The translations under genes were made by a program, and so were the position numbers. From an uncultured Acidobacteriota bacterium (GTDB taxonomy: Bacteria; Acidobacteriota; Terriglobia; Terriglobales; Acidobacteriaceae): a stretch of DNA of 64,000 bases. Within the stretch, counting starts at the first letter, position 1; every line of letters starts with the position of its first letter. Positions 27,101 through 36,349 of this stretch are shown here, in pieces. Where the stretch lies: NCBI GenBank assembly GCA_903873705.1, contig CAIQPK010000081.1, positions 24,989 through 88,988 of the forward strand, in the 5' to 3' direction. The notes beneath the pieces are model-generated. The model was not told the DNA's origin and ran no database searches. It saw only the letters and a program-made list of their open reading frames with translations.

Positions 27101-29396
27101 TGGTGCCGATGGCGGTCGTTCCATCGTAGAAGGTGACTGTGCCGCTGGGGGTTCCGGTCGGGGTGGTCGCTGTGACGGCGAGCAGTACGGGCGATGTGGC
27201 GATGGCGGTAGTTGGCGTGGCGCCGAGAACCAGCGTGACGGGCTGCTGCACGAATTGAAGCAGCGTATTGCTGGTGCTGGCGGCGTTGTTGGGGTCTCCG
27301 GCGTAGGCCGCCGTGATGCTGTGCTGGCCGAGCGTGAGGGTGGTCGTTGCGCAGAGGGCGGTGCCGGTGGCGTCGATCTGCACATTGCTGCAGATGGCGG
27401 TGGCGCCATCGAGGAAGGTGATGGGCCCGGTCCGGCTGGTGTCCGCGCTTTTGACGATGGCGGTGAAGGTGAAGCTGGCGCCGACCAGGGTGGGGTTGAG
27501 GCTGGAGGTCAGCGTGGTGATCGTGGGCTCAACGGAAAGCGCGGGGCCGGAGATGGAGATGATGCTGGGCTGGTTGGTGGCGTCGGAGTTGAGTGTGACC
27601 GAACCCTGGATAAGAGAGCCGACCACGGTAGGGGCGAACTGAACGCCGAGCTTGCATCCTGTGGCTGTGACGAGCGGACCGGGAGCGCAGGTGGTGGTGG
27701 AGGGCTCGAGCGCCGCATTGAGCAGCGTGGGTGGGGCGAAGGTGAGCGTGGCGTTGCCGTCGTTTTGAACGCCGACCGGGAACGGTGGCGAGGCCTTGGT
27801 GACGCGGATGGCGGCGAACTGCAGCGTGAGGGCGGTGGCGCTGACACGGCGAATGCGATTGTGGAACATGTCGGCGACGAGCAGGTTGCCGGTGACGTTA
27901 TCGAAGAAGAGGGCGTAAGGGCCGTAGAGGCCGGCCTGGTTGGCGAGGCCGAGATCGCCGCCGAAGGTCTCACCGCCGTCGCCGACGATGGTGTCGATGA
28001 AGCCGGTGGAGGCATTGATCTTGCGGACGCGGTTGTTGCCGGAGTCGGCGATGTAGATGTTGCCTGCGGGGTCGGTGGCGATGGCGACGGGGGAGTGCAG
28101 CTGGGCGCCGGTGGCGATGCCGCCGTCTCCGGTGAAGCCTTCGCCGCCGGTGCCGGCGATGGTGGTGATGTTGCCGCCTGCGGTGAATTTGCGAACGCGG
28201 TTGTTGCTGATGTCGGCGATCAGGATGGAACCGTCAACGGCGGTGCCGAGGTTCCATGGCGAGTTGAGCTGCGCTGAGGTGGCGGCAATGTTGTCGCCGT
28301 TATAGCCTGCGGCTCCGGTGCCGGCGACGGTGCGGATCTTGTGGGTGATCGCGTCCACCATGCGGATGACATTGTTGCCGGTGTCGGCGATGTAGAGGTT
28401 GCCGGCGGGGTCGAAAGCGATGCCTTCGGGAAGGTAGAGCGTGGCTGCCGTGGCGAGATTGCCGTCACCGGTGTAGCCCTGCGTGCCGGTTCCGGCGACG
28501 GTGGTGATGAGGTGGGTGACGGCGTCTACGCGGCGGATGGCGTTGTTGTTGGTGTCGGCGAAGTAGATGTTGCCGGCGCCATCGACGATGAGGCCGCTGG
28601 GGTTGCCGATGGAGGCGTTGACGGCTGGGCCGCCATCGCCGGCGAATCCGGGGATGCCATCTCCCGCTACGGTGGAGATGAGGCCGGTGAGGGCGTCGAC
28701 GCGGCGGATGCGGAAGTTGCCGAAGTCGGAGATGAAGATGTTGCCACCGGCGTCGGCGACGACGGCTGTGGGCAGGAAGATGGGAGCGTCGGTGCCGAGG
28801 ACGTTATCGCCGCGGTAGAGCCAGAAATTGTTGCCGACGACGGTGTCGATTTCGCCAGGCTCAAACACGGCTAGCGATCCGCTGCCGGTGGCGGCGACCA
28901 GGGCACTGCCGAGCAGGCTGCCATCGACGGCGGTGAGCAGCACGGCGCCTGTCCGCAAGCCGGGGGATTTTGGCTGGAAGGCTACAAAGACTGTGCAGCT
29001 TTGGCCGGCTGAGTAGACGACACCGGCAGAACAGGTGCCACCGGCGGCGAGCGTGAAGTCGGCGCCGGCGAGGCCCTGAGAAACTGCCTTCGGAGTGACC
29101 GCGACGCCATTTCCTGAGATGGGGATGGTGACAGAGATCGGGATGGAGAGATGACCGGTGGCGGTCGAACCGGGAAAGGTGGTGGGGGTTTGTGCCCCGA
29201 CGCTATGGCCTGCAAGAAAGAGGGCGGCAACGAGCGTGGATGGGAGGATTCCGCGGATGGCTTTGCGGAAACGACCGAGTGCGCGGACGCGCTCGGAAGG
29301 GGACGATACAACATGGGCCCGGATCATCAAGACAAACTCCAGCGGTCGCGAAAAAGATTTCAGCGAATTTTCGGAGGACGCTGATGCCATTATCAT
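24141..29396 (-). CDS. giant surface protein: NHL-repeat beta-propeller plus about 12 Ig-like (Big_3_5-type) repeats plus C-terminal hydrophobic/RRKRR/lipobox module
   Basis: 1751 aa; the true start may be MIRAHVV at 29327. NHL units read GDGGPA..A.L..P.G...D.AGN.YIAD..NN.IR.V. The tandem Ig repeats of about 90 aa follow VTF.DG.T.LGT..L...G.A.......L..G.H.I.A.Y.GD.N...S.S. Confidence 0.9.
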   Translation of the reverse strand: MIMASASSENSLKSFSRPLEFVLMIRAHVVSSPSERVRALGRFRKAIRGILPSTLVAALFLAGHSVGAQTPTTFPGSTATGHLSIPISVTIPISGNGVAVTPKAVSQGLAGADFTLAAGGTCSAGVVYSAGQSCTVFVAFQPKSPGLRTGAVLLTAVDGSLLGSALVAATGSGSLAVFEPGEIDTVVGNNFWLYRGDNVLGTDAPIFLPTAVVADAGGNIFISDFGNFRIRRVDALTGLISTVAGDGIPGFAGDGGPAVNASIGNPSGLIVDGAGNIYFADTNNNAIRRVDAVTHLITTVAGTGTQGYTGDGNLATAATLYLPEGIAFDPAGNLYIADTGNNVIRMVDAITHKIRTVAGTGAAGYNGDNIAATSAQLNSPWNLGTAVDGSILIADISNNRVRKFTAGGNITTIAGTGGEGFTGDGGIATGAQLHSPVAIATDPAGNIYIADSGNNRVRKINASTGFIDTIVGDGGETFGGDLGLANQAGLYGPYALFFDNVTGNLLVADMFHNRIRRVSATALTLQFAAIRVTKASPPFPVGVQNDGNATLTFAPPTLLNAALEPSTTTCAPGPLVTATGCKLGVQFAPTVVGSLIQGSVTLNSDATNQPSIISISGPALSVEPTITTLTSSLNPTLVGASFTFTAIVKSADTSRTGPITFLDGATAICSNVQIDATGTALCATTTLTLGQHSITAAYAGDPNNAASTSNTLLQFVQQPVTLVLGATPTTAIATSPVLLAVTATTPTGTPSGTVTFYDGTTAIGTSTLVAGAVSISTTQLSPGVHSLTAQTAASGNNAASTSNVVTETITEGTTLTTLASSASNVKFGTAVTFTATVISTNGPTPTGNVQFKEGNTVLGTGTISASGIATLTLSSVAPGSHNIVAAYLGDANDSVSNSVPLIEVIQQIPTTTTLTSNAASANAGAAIQLTAKVGVAAGATANGVITGQVTFSSGSTLLGSAPVNASGIATLSVNSLPVGTDGIMAVYAGDSNYLTSTSSALIETISVAALGLTLSGPASVDVATASTFSVLLNVTGPAPTGAITLRDGNNTLSAQAATANGTYTFTTASLSLGTHTLIASYGGDSNYATTASNSITVVVHQAAAAITLQTSANPQIVGQSVTFTATVTSASPNITGTITLSDGLTSLTSTPVNASGVATFTLSTLVFGTHNLSASYAGDANHVSATSLVLAQRIVQPATVAIGSSVNPATAGAPVVFTAKLTGAAGLTPTGTVTFLDGSTVLGTGTLDATATTTFSTSALFVGTHSITASYAGDPSFSASTSTPLIETVQSASTQIAISTSANPAIYATPLTLTATITTSGSLATGSVTFTDGGTAIGTTLLNGSGVATLTLSTLTPGSHSIIANYAGDSNTAASISTPYALSVKQVTSTALSSSANPALTLASVTLTAMVNNSGVGTATGNVTFMDGTTLLGTVALDAQGHASITVPQFAAGNHPVTATYTGDAQNFSGVSAALTQGVTLRSTQTALTAVTTSTTNTQQVTLISVVRWSGPAVPTGTITFTSAGLTLGTATIDATGVATMTIVVSSTTETVVANYSGDASYAASSSIATAITGGPATQFTMQIAPPTMTLQSKQHGVVNITITSVKDYTDTMDFGCLGLPFAATCTFSSAQMKLEANGTHTVQLTIDTGNPLGSGGAIVSNAHASSNGVLLAFIPGSLLAGFLLFRRKRRLPMLSLIALFLGLGALLSATGCNGLQINGTPAGTYTFKVAVTGAGTGVSQTQDMTLTVTQ

Positions 29397-29523
29397 CGGC
29401 AGAGTTGCCCAGGGTAATAGCTCTTTTTGGGTAGCGTATACCCATTGGAGTTACGTCGTATAACGAATGCTTTCAATATTTTGAACAAAGGCGGCGAATA
29501 CCCGGCTGAAACCGGCGAATACC

Positions 29524-30792
29524 TCAGGAAGCCGAAAGTTCGTCATCCCTGGTTTCCCGGATCAAGTAAAGGCCGAGTAGCGTGAGGACGGAACAGGCGG
29601 TGAGATAGTAGCCGACGGAGTTGAGGCCGTGGGAGGTGGCTAGCTTTATGGCGATGGTGGGAGCCAGCGAGGCGCCGAGAATGCCGGCGAGGCTGAAAGC
29701 GAGCGAACTGCCGGTGTAACGGATGTGGGTGGGGAAAAGTTCGGAGGTGATGGTGCCGATGGGGCCGTAGGTGAGTCCCATGAGCGCCATGCCGAGGCCC
29801 ATGGCGGCGAGGGCTCCGCCAATGCCCGCGGAGAAGATGGGCGCCATGATGAATCCGAAGAGGCCGATGGAGATCGTGATGCAGGACATAATGAGGCGGC
29901 GGCCGCGGCGGACCATGAGCGCGGAGACCGGGATAGTAGCCGCGAAGCAGAGCGCGCCGAAGAGCTGGATGAAGAGCAGCGTAGTGCGGTTGTAGTGGAG
30001 CGGTTTGACTCCCCATGACGGCAGGAAGACGGTGAGGATGTAGAAGAGGACGAAGGTGGTGAAGCAGGTGAGAACGCCGGCGATGAGCGGCACGGTGTGC
30101 CTGGTGAGCACGGTGATGGTGGGGAAACGGACTGGCTCGCGGGCTTCCAGGGCGCGCTGGAAGACGGGTGTTTCCGTAATGGTGAGACGCACGTAGAGCC
30201 CGAGGAAGACCAGCACCGCGCTGGCGAGGAAGGGTAAACGCCAGCCGAAGGATTGGAATTGCTGGTCAGTGAGCGTCCGGGTGAGTATGAGGAAGATGCC
30301 GCCGGAGCAGAAGAGTCCGATGGGCGCTCCGAGCTGGGGGAACATGCCGTACCAGGCGCGCTTGCCGGGAGGGGCGTTTTCTACGGCGAGCAGGACGGCA
30401 CCGCCCCACTCGCCACCGAGGCCGATGCCCTGGCCGAAGCGGCAGAGTGCGAGCAGCAGCGATGCCGCGATGCCGATGGTGTGGTACGTGGGCAGCAGGC
30501 CGATGAGGACCGTGGAGAGGCCCATGGTGGAAAGGGCGAGGACGAGAGTGGTCTTGCGGCCGATGCGGTCACCGAAGTGTCCGAAGAGGGCGGAGCCTAT
30601 GGGGCGGGCGAGGAAGGCGATGCCGAAGGTGGCGAAGGAGGCGAGGGTGGCGGTGTTGGGGTCGGACGAGGGGAAGAAGAGGCTGGGGAAGACGTAAACC
30701 GCGGCCGTGGCGTAGATGTAGAAGTCGAAGAACTCGATGGTGGTGCCGATGAGGCTGGCGAACAGGACCTGGCGGGGTGAATTGACGGGCAT
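29524..30792 (-). CDS. MFS metabolite:H+ symporter (MHS family, ProP/KgtP/ShiA-like)
   Basis: Track ORF trimmed to ATG 30792 (MPVNSPRQVLFASLIGTTIEFFDFYIYATAA). GHFGDRIGRK motif. 12 TM helices. Confidence 0.88.
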   Translation of the reverse strand: MPVNSPRQVLFASLIGTTIEFFDFYIYATAAVYVFPSLFFPSSDPNTATLASFATFGIAFLARPIGSALFGHFGDRIGRKTTLVLALSTMGLSTVLIGLLPTYHTIGIAASLLLALCRFGQGIGLGGEWGGAVLLAVENAPPGKRAWYGMFPQLGAPIGLFCSGGIFLILTRTLTDQQFQSFGWRLPFLASAVLVFLGLYVRLTITETPVFQRALEAREPVRFPTITVLTRHTVPLIAGVLTCFTTFVLFYILTVFLPSWGVKPLHYNRTTLLFIQLFGALCFAATIPVSALMVRRGRRLIMSCITISIGLFGFIMAPIFSAGIGGALAAMGLGMALMGLTYGPIGTITSELFPTHIRYTGSSLAFSLAGILGASLAPTIAIKLATSHGLNSVGYYLTACSVLTLLGLYLIRETRDDELSAS

Positions 30793-30947
30793 TTGATCGG
30801 CTCTTCGCGTTAGGAAATGGTGTTCTTTCAGGCGACCACAGACGGCGGAAGAAGTCCAGCGCGGTGGTAATGGAGTAGATGACTGGCGATAGTGGCGAGT
30901 CGCTGCGATACTGAGAGACATCTGATTGGCTGGAACGTCTTACGCCC

Positions 30948-32267
30948 ATGGCAACGCACACCGGCATCACCAATCCGAATACGCCGACGCCGGTGGGTGA
31001 GGCGCGTCCTGCGAACAACCGCTCGTTCGACAGCATCCTTTCGAGCGCGCGATCTACGGTGGCCTTCCGCGAGACGCTCAACCTGGCTCTGGACAGCTTC
31101 AGCGCCAGCAAGGCGCGGTTCCTGCTGACGATGCTGGGAATGGTGATCGGGTCGGCCTCGATCATTCTGGTGGCTACGCTCGGATTGACGGGCAGGCAGT
31201 TTGCGCTGAGCCAGATCTCGAGCATCGGGCCGAACATGATCGAGATGCAGTACGTGGGCGGCAATATCTCCGGCCCGGACAACGTGAGCACGCCGGACAA
31301 CATGACGCGCGAGGACATGAACGCCGTGCTGGAGCAGGTGCCGAACATTGTGGCCAGCTCGCCGATGCTGGAGTTTCATGACCGCATCGCGATGGGCGGC
31401 GGCATCAGCAAGGACACGATGCTGCTGGGCGTGAGTCCGCAGTATAAGGATGTGCGCAACCTTAAGGTGCTGGCCGGCCGGTTCTTTGACGACCAGGACT
31501 CGATGACGCATACCAAGGTTGCGGTGATTGTGCAGCCGCTGGCGAAGGCTCTCTTCGGTAGTGAGGCGGCGGCGATCGATCATACGATTTCGGTGCAGGG
31601 CATTCCCTTCGTCATTATCGGGGTGTTCAAGGAGAGCATCCAGACGTTTGGTATGTCCGAAGTTTCGGACCAGACGATCCTGATTCCTTACTCGGTGGGG
31701 CGGTACTTTACGGGATCGGACACGGTGAAGCAGATTTTTTTCACGGTTCCGGATGCCAGCCAGGTGGAGCCGGCGTCGCGGCGGATACTGGAGATCATCA
31801 AGTCGCGGCATCGAGCGACGAGTGTTTATAACGCGTTCACGCTGACCGAGGTGCTGAGCGTAATGGGGCAGATTGCGTCGATGCTGACGATTGTGCTGAC
31901 ACTGGCATCGGCGATTACGCTGATCGTTTCCGGCGTGGGCATCATGAACTCGATGCTGGCGAATGTGCAGTCGCGGATTCGCGAGATTGGCATACGCAAG
32001 GCGCTGGGAGCAACGAGCCGCGAGATACGATTGCAGTTTTTGACTGAGGCGGTGTTCCTTTCGCTGAGTGGTGGGTTAATTGGGACGATGATTGGGATGT
32101 CGATTCCGCTGGGGTTGAACTTCTTTGCGAATGTGGGGATTCCGGTGTCGTGGTGGAGCGCGGTGATCGCGCTGGCGACGTCGGTGATCGTGGGGATCGC
32201 TTTTGGGACGTTGCCGGCCCAGCGGGCGGCGAAGCTTGATCCGGTGACGACGCTGAAGTACGAGTAG
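30948..32267 (+). CDS. MacB-like ABC transporter permease (MacB_PCD plus FtsX), no adjacent ATPase
   Basis: 439 aa. N-terminal TM LLTMLGMVIGSASIILV, then a periplasmic domain of about 220 aa. The C-terminal FtsX 3-TM region carries REIGIRKALGATSREI. Confidence 0.85.
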   Translation: MATHTGITNPNTPTPVGEARPANNRSFDSILSSARSTVAFRETLNLALDSFSASKARFLLTMLGMVIGSASIILVATLGLTGRQFALSQISSIGPNMIEMQYVGGNISGPDNVSTPDNMTREDMNAVLEQVPNIVASSPMLEFHDRIAMGGGISKDTMLLGVSPQYKDVRNLKVLAGRFFDDQDSMTHTKVAVIVQPLAKALFGSEAAAIDHTISVQGIPFVIIGVFKESIQTFGMSEVSDQTILIPYSVGRYFTGSDTVKQIFFTVPDASQVEPASRRILEIIKSRHRATSVYNAFTLTEVLSVMGQIASMLTIVLTLASAITLIVSGVGIMNSMLANVQSRIREIGIRKALGATSREIRLQFLTEAVFLSLSGGLIGTMIGMSIPLGLNFFANVGIPVSWWSAVIALATSVIVGIAFGTLPAQRAAKLDPVTTLKYE

Positions 32268-32558
32268 GTAGGTATGTCCCCTCCCCCTTGCTTTCCTTTT
32301 TGACGGCTTGTTTTGTTGGGTTTACTGCGTGGTGGTGCTGCCAAATCTCTGATTGCAGAGATGTTGGGTTGAAGATATTTGGTTTGTTGGGGTTTGGGTT
32401 TGGGGCTGCTTTTGCCTTTTTGACCTACTTCTATTCTAGTTGGTGGGTGGGTATAAGTACGCCAAAGGTTTTTGGGAGATTTGGAGTTTGTTTTGTTGGG
32501 GTTGCGGGGGTTTGGGAGGGGGTGGGGGCTTGACAAGATCTTTGGCGGGTTGCAGGAG

Positions 32559-32633
32559 GGCATACCCCAGGGGCTAAAGCCCCGTCTTGTGGCGGCCTGT
32601 GAAACCCGAGGCTGAAGCCTCGGGGTACCTTCA
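32559..32633 (+). repeat. intergenic repeat module A, copy 1 (two short hairpins)
   Basis: GGCATACCCCAGGGGCTAAAGCCCC...ACCCGAGGCTGAAGCCTCGGGGTACCTTCA. A near-identical copy lies at 60934-61007. In both, a period-6 array follows immediately. Confidence 0.8.
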
Positions 32634-32952
<319 letters not shown>

Positions 32953-33009
32953 CCGCAGCCGGTGGTCTGGGTGCGGGCTTGGGTTGGAAAGGACTTTGCT
33001 TGGTTTTCT

Positions 33010-33555
33010 TTATTTCTTTTTGCGGCGGGGACGATCTTCTTCGTCTTCCTTGAAGTCGTTCTCGGGGATGTCGGTCTCGTCGATGATGTTCGCTGCTTCG
33101 ATCACGGCGACGGCATCGCTCTTGATGTTGACCTGAACGTGAGCTGTGACGTCGCGGTGGACTTTTACCGGGACGTGGAACTCGCCGATGGTCTTGAGCG
33201 GCTCGTCGATGTGGATGCGGCGCTTGTCGATGTCGAAGCCCTGTGCGGCGAGAGCGGCTGCGATGTCGCCGGTGGTGACTGAACCGAAAAGGTGGTCGTT
33301 GTCGCCGGTCTTGCGCTCGAACTCGAGGACGACGGCGTTGAGCTGTTCGCCGAGTGCGGCGGCGGAGTCTTTTTCGCCGGCGGACTTGCGCAGGGCAGAG
33401 GTCTTCATCTGCTCGATGACAGCCTTGTTGGCGGCGGTGGCCTGGATGGCCAGCTTGCCGGGGAGGAGGTAGTTGCGGCCGTAGCCGTCGGCGACCTTGA
33501 CGACGTCGCCGCGGTGGCCGAGCTTGTTTACATCTTCTTTGAGGATGACTTCCAT
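33010..33555 (-). CDS. rplI: 50S ribosomal protein L9
   Basis: Track ORF trimmed to ATG 33555: MEVILKEDVNKLGHRGDVVKVADGYGRNYLLPGKLAIQAT. It has a C-terminal charged tail ...ENDFKEDEEDRPRRKKK. Confidence 0.92.
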   Translation of the reverse strand: MEVILKEDVNKLGHRGDVVKVADGYGRNYLLPGKLAIQATAANKAVIEQMKTSALRKSAGEKDSAAALGEQLNAVVLEFERKTGDNDHLFGSVTTGDIAAALAAQGFDIDKRRIHIDEPLKTIGEFHVPVKVHRDVTAHVQVNIKSDAVAVIEAANIIDETDIPENDFKEDEEDRPRRKKK

Positions 33556-33615
33556 GAAACTTCTCCGAAGTTCAAATGCGTGTTCGGGCGGCGCTTCTCG
33601 CGACGCGATCAATAG

Positions 33616-33996
33616 TTAGAAGCGGGCGGCGAAGGGCAGCAGGGCGATAGCGCGGGCCTGCTTGATGGCGCGCGTGAGCTTGCGCTGGAACGGCGCGCTG
33701 GTGCCGGTGAGACGGCGCGGGATGATCTTGCCGCGGTCCGAGATGAACTGCTGCAGGAGGCGCACGTCGCGGTAGCTGATGTGGTCAATCTTCTCGACGG
33801 TGAACTTGCAGACCTTCTTACGGCGGAAGAACTTGCGTCCTCCAGGACCGCCGCCAGGGCCGCCGGGGCGGGGAGGACGGGGGCCGTCGGGACGGGGGCG
33901 GAAGCCGCCTGCGGGGCGTTCGCCTGCGGGACGCTCGAAGGGTGTGGATGCAGCGGCGGGCGCTGCGGCGGGGGTGCTGGTGGTTTCGTCAGCCAT
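33616..33996 (-). CDS. rpsR: 30S ribosomal protein S18 with Pro/Gly/Arg-rich N-terminal extension
   Basis: The core [61 protein letters not shown] is preceded by about 55 low-complexity residues. Confidence 0.92.
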   Translation of the reverse strand: MADETTSTPAAAPAAASTPFERPAGERPAGGFRPRPDGPRPPRPGGPGGGPGGRKFFRRKKVCKFTVEKIDHISYRDVRLLQQFISDRGKIIPRRLTGTSAPFQRKLTRAIKQARAIALLPFAARF

Positions 33997-34171
33997 GTTC
34001 GATTCCTCTTAGGTGCTGCGTCGTTTTAGGACGCTTGCGGTTCGGCTGCTTTAGGCTCCAGACTCGCTGGGGAGTCTCTGGACTGGCTTCGGTGGATTGA
34101 AGCCGCAGGAGCGTGGGCGGCGTTGAGTTTAGTAGAGCGGCTCGGTTCTCGTTGAAGAGAGCTGAGCGAAC

Positions 34172-34648
34172 TTAGGCCTGGACGGTCTCGGGCTCTGCGG
34201 CGGCTACGGGCTCTGCAGCAGCAGCAGGAGCTTCCGTGATGGCCGGGGCAGCGGCGGGAGCGGGCGTTGCGGCGGCGGCTTCAGCGGAGACCTGAGGCAG
34301 AGCGCTGCGCTTGACGTGGGAGTCGCGGTGCTTCTTGATCTTGGCGAGACGCTTCTCTTCTTCGTCGGTGCGCACGGTGATGTACTTGATGACCGGCTCG
34401 GAAACGCGGAGGCGGCGCTCGATTTCAGCGATGAGCTGTGCGGGCGAGGAGACAATCATCAGGATGTAGAAGCCGTCGTTGAACTTCTGGACGGTGTAGG
34501 CGAGACGGCGACGGCCCATCTTCTCGGTCGACTTGATTTCGCCGCCACCGGAGGTGACGTAGCCGGAGAAGGTCTCGATGAGCTTATCGAGGTCAGCTTC
34601 TTCGGTGTCCGGGCGGACGATGAACATGATTTCGTAAGAGCGATTCAT
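34172..34648 (-). CDS. rpsF: 30S ribosomal protein S6 with Ala-rich C-terminal tail
   Basis: MNRSYEIMFIVRPDTEEADLDKLIETFSGYV...GRRRLAYTVQKFNDGFYILM. Confidence 0.92.
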   Translation of the reverse strand: MNRSYEIMFIVRPDTEEADLDKLIETFSGYVTSGGGEIKSTEKMGRRRLAYTVQKFNDGFYILMIVSSPAQLIAEIERRLRVSEPVIKYITVRTDEEEKRLAKIKKHRDSHVKRSALPQVSAEAAAATPAPAAAPAITEAPAAAAEPVAAAEPETVQA

Positions 34649-34720
34649 AGTGCTTCTTTCTGCGGGGTTCTGCCCCGCACCGTCGGGTTAGCGACGGTGT
34701 GGAAGATTGGTGGAGCTTTG

Positions 34721-34815
34721 GGTTGTTAGTTGTTGGTTCTTAGTTGTTAGTAAGAGAGCAGACTAACAACCCAAGAATTTGGAACTAACAACTAACAACT
34801 CAGAATTAACAACTA
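34721..34815. repeat. inverted period-7 arrays (TAGTTGT / ACAACTA units) forming an imperfect long hairpin
   Basis: The left arm GGTTGTTAGTTGTTGGTTCTTAGTTGTTAGT faces the right arm ACTAACAACCCAAGAA...CTAACAACTAACAACTCAGAATTAACAACTA. The pth stop codon TAG (34813-34815) is the first triplet of the array on the minus strand. Confidence 0.8.
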
Positions 34816-35412
34816 TTTACTTTCCGGTTCAACTTTTTTGTTGAACTGATTCATGGCTATGCTCACGCCTTTTGTGAGCACTGCCTCGACTGCGCGTACA
34901 GCCTGGTCGAGGACTTCATCCAGCGTTGCGAGCTCTGCTTTGCGCATGGGCGCTAACAGGTAGTCGGTTCCGCCGGCCTTGATTTCGCGTCCGGATTCGA
35001 GTGGGGGTTTGCCCACGCCGATGCGGATGCGGATCCATTCTTCTGTTCCGAGCACGCCGGAGATTGACTTGACTCCGTTGTGCCCTCCGGCTGAGCCGCG
35101 CTCGCGGATGCGAAGCGTGCCGAGCGGGATGGCGAGCTCGTCATAGAGGACGATTAGGTCTTCTACCTTGAGCTCACATTCTTCGAGCAGAGCGGCGACA
35201 GCGATGCCGCTCAGGTTCATGAAGGTCTCGGGCTTGGCCAGCAGGACGTCGTGTCCGGCGAGCTTCGTACGAGCGGTTAAGGCCCGGCAACGGCGGTTCG
35301 CGATCTGGACATCGCAGATTTCGGCGATGCGGTCGATGGCGAGGAACCCGGCGTTGTGCGGTGTTAGCGCGTATTCGGGGCCGGGGTTGCCGAGGCCGAC
35401 AATCAACTTCAT
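34813..35412 (-). CDS. pth: peptidyl-tRNA hydrolase
   Basis: MKLIVGLGNPGPEYALTPHNAGFLAIDRIAE...GGHNGVKSI. Confidence 0.95.
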   Translation of the reverse strand: MKLIVGLGNPGPEYALTPHNAGFLAIDRIAEICDVQIANRRCRALTARTKLAGHDVLLAKPETFMNLSGIAVAALLEECELKVEDLIVLYDELAIPLGTLRIRERGSAGGHNGVKSISGVLGTEEWIRIRIGVGKPPLESGREIKAGGTDYLLAPMRKAELATLDEVLDQAVRAVEAVLTKGVSIAMNQFNKKVEPESK

Positions 35413-35435
35413 TGCGGGTCACCGGCTGGGTGCGA

Positions 35436-35508
35436 GTGAATAGTGAAGAGTGAATAGTGAATAAAACTTTTTGCCGCCTTATTCACTTTTCACTCCTTCA
35501 CTATTCAC
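35436..35508. repeat. inverted period-7 arrays (GTGAATA/GTGAAGA units) forming a hairpin
   Basis: GTGAATAGTGAAGAGTGAATAGTGAATAA - 14 nt - TTATTCACTTTTCACTCCTTCACTATTCAC. On the minus strand the forward-oriented arm begins 7 nt after the rplY stop (35516-35518). Confidence 0.85.
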
Positions 35509-35515
35509 TGCTTTC

Positions 35516-36193
35516 CTACTTCTTCTTTGCCGGAGCGGCAGCGGCAGGAGCAGCGGCAGCGGCGTCGGTCTTGCCCTTCTTGGCTACTTCGGGTTCAGCA
35601 GGAGCGGCAGCGGCTTCTGCTTCTTCCTTCGCAACGGTGATGTGGGCTACCAGGGCGTGTTCGTCGCCGAGGAACTTGATCTTGTCCGAGTGCGGGAGGT
35701 CCGAGATGTGGATGGCGCCGTTGACTTCAAGGCCGGAGATGTCGATGTCGATGTGGCCCGGGATGTCGTTGGGGAGGCACTCGATTTCGACCTCGTGCAG
35801 GACCTGGCCGAGGATGCCGCCACGGGTCTTGACGCCGATGGAGGAGCCGGTGAGGTGCACGGGGACCGAGACGCGCATGGTCTTGTCCATCGCGATGCGC
35901 TTGATGTCGACGTGGAGCAGGTGGCCCTTGATGGGCTCGTTCTGCCAGTCGACGATCATGCCCTTGCCGGAGTCTCCGCCGGTGATGGTGAGGTCGAAGA
36001 GGGTGTTGTGGCCGGAGTCGGAGTAGAGGACCTTGGTGATGACCTTGGGGTCGACGGTGACGGCGACCGAGGGCTGGCCGGCGCCGTAGACGACGGCGGG
36101 GATAAGGCCCTGCATGCGGACGCGGCGAGCGAAGCCCTTGTTGAAGGTTCCGGTGCGGGGGGTTGCGGTGATGCTTTGAACTGGGTTTGCCAT
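35516..36193 (-). CDS. rplY: 50S ribosomal protein L25 / general stress protein Ctc
   Basis: 225 aa. GLIPAVVYGAGQPSVAVTVDPK...GMIVDWQNEPIKGHLLHVDIKRI, with an Ala/Lys-rich C-terminal tail. Confidence 0.9.
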   Translation of the reverse strand: MANPVQSITATPRTGTFNKGFARRVRMQGLIPAVVYGAGQPSVAVTVDPKVITKVLYSDSGHNTLFDLTITGGDSGKGMIVDWQNEPIKGHLLHVDIKRIAMDKTMRVSVPVHLTGSSIGVKTRGGILGQVLHEVEIECLPNDIPGHIDIDISGLEVNGAIHISDLPHSDKIKFLGDEHALVAHITVAKEEAEAAAAPAEPEVAKKGKTDAAAAAPAAAAPAKKK

Positions 36194-36349
36194 GTTTTCC
36201 TTTCGGGCGCGGATGAGGGTTCAGGGCCCTGGGCGCAGGGCCCAGAAGACACCGAAACTGCATCGACTCCCTTTGCGGTTTTGCCGCTGTATGGCCCGAT
36301 GTTCCGGGCGAGTTTTCTGGACCCTGGGGCCTGAGCCCCCGAATCTTGC

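Noticed and set aside
30569-31811. Minus-strand ORFs 30569..31348 and 30828..31811, opposite the MacB-like permease.
   Set aside because: They are antisense to a permease gene with clear MacB_PCD/FtsX motifs and have no recognisable motifs of their own.
32288-32533. 81-aa ORF in the T/G-rich, lower-GC stretch after the permease gene.
   Set aside because: The sequence is built from reiterated TTTGTTGGGGTT-like motifs with Phe/Gly/Trp/Val low complexity and has no SD. It is more likely another non-coding repeat module.
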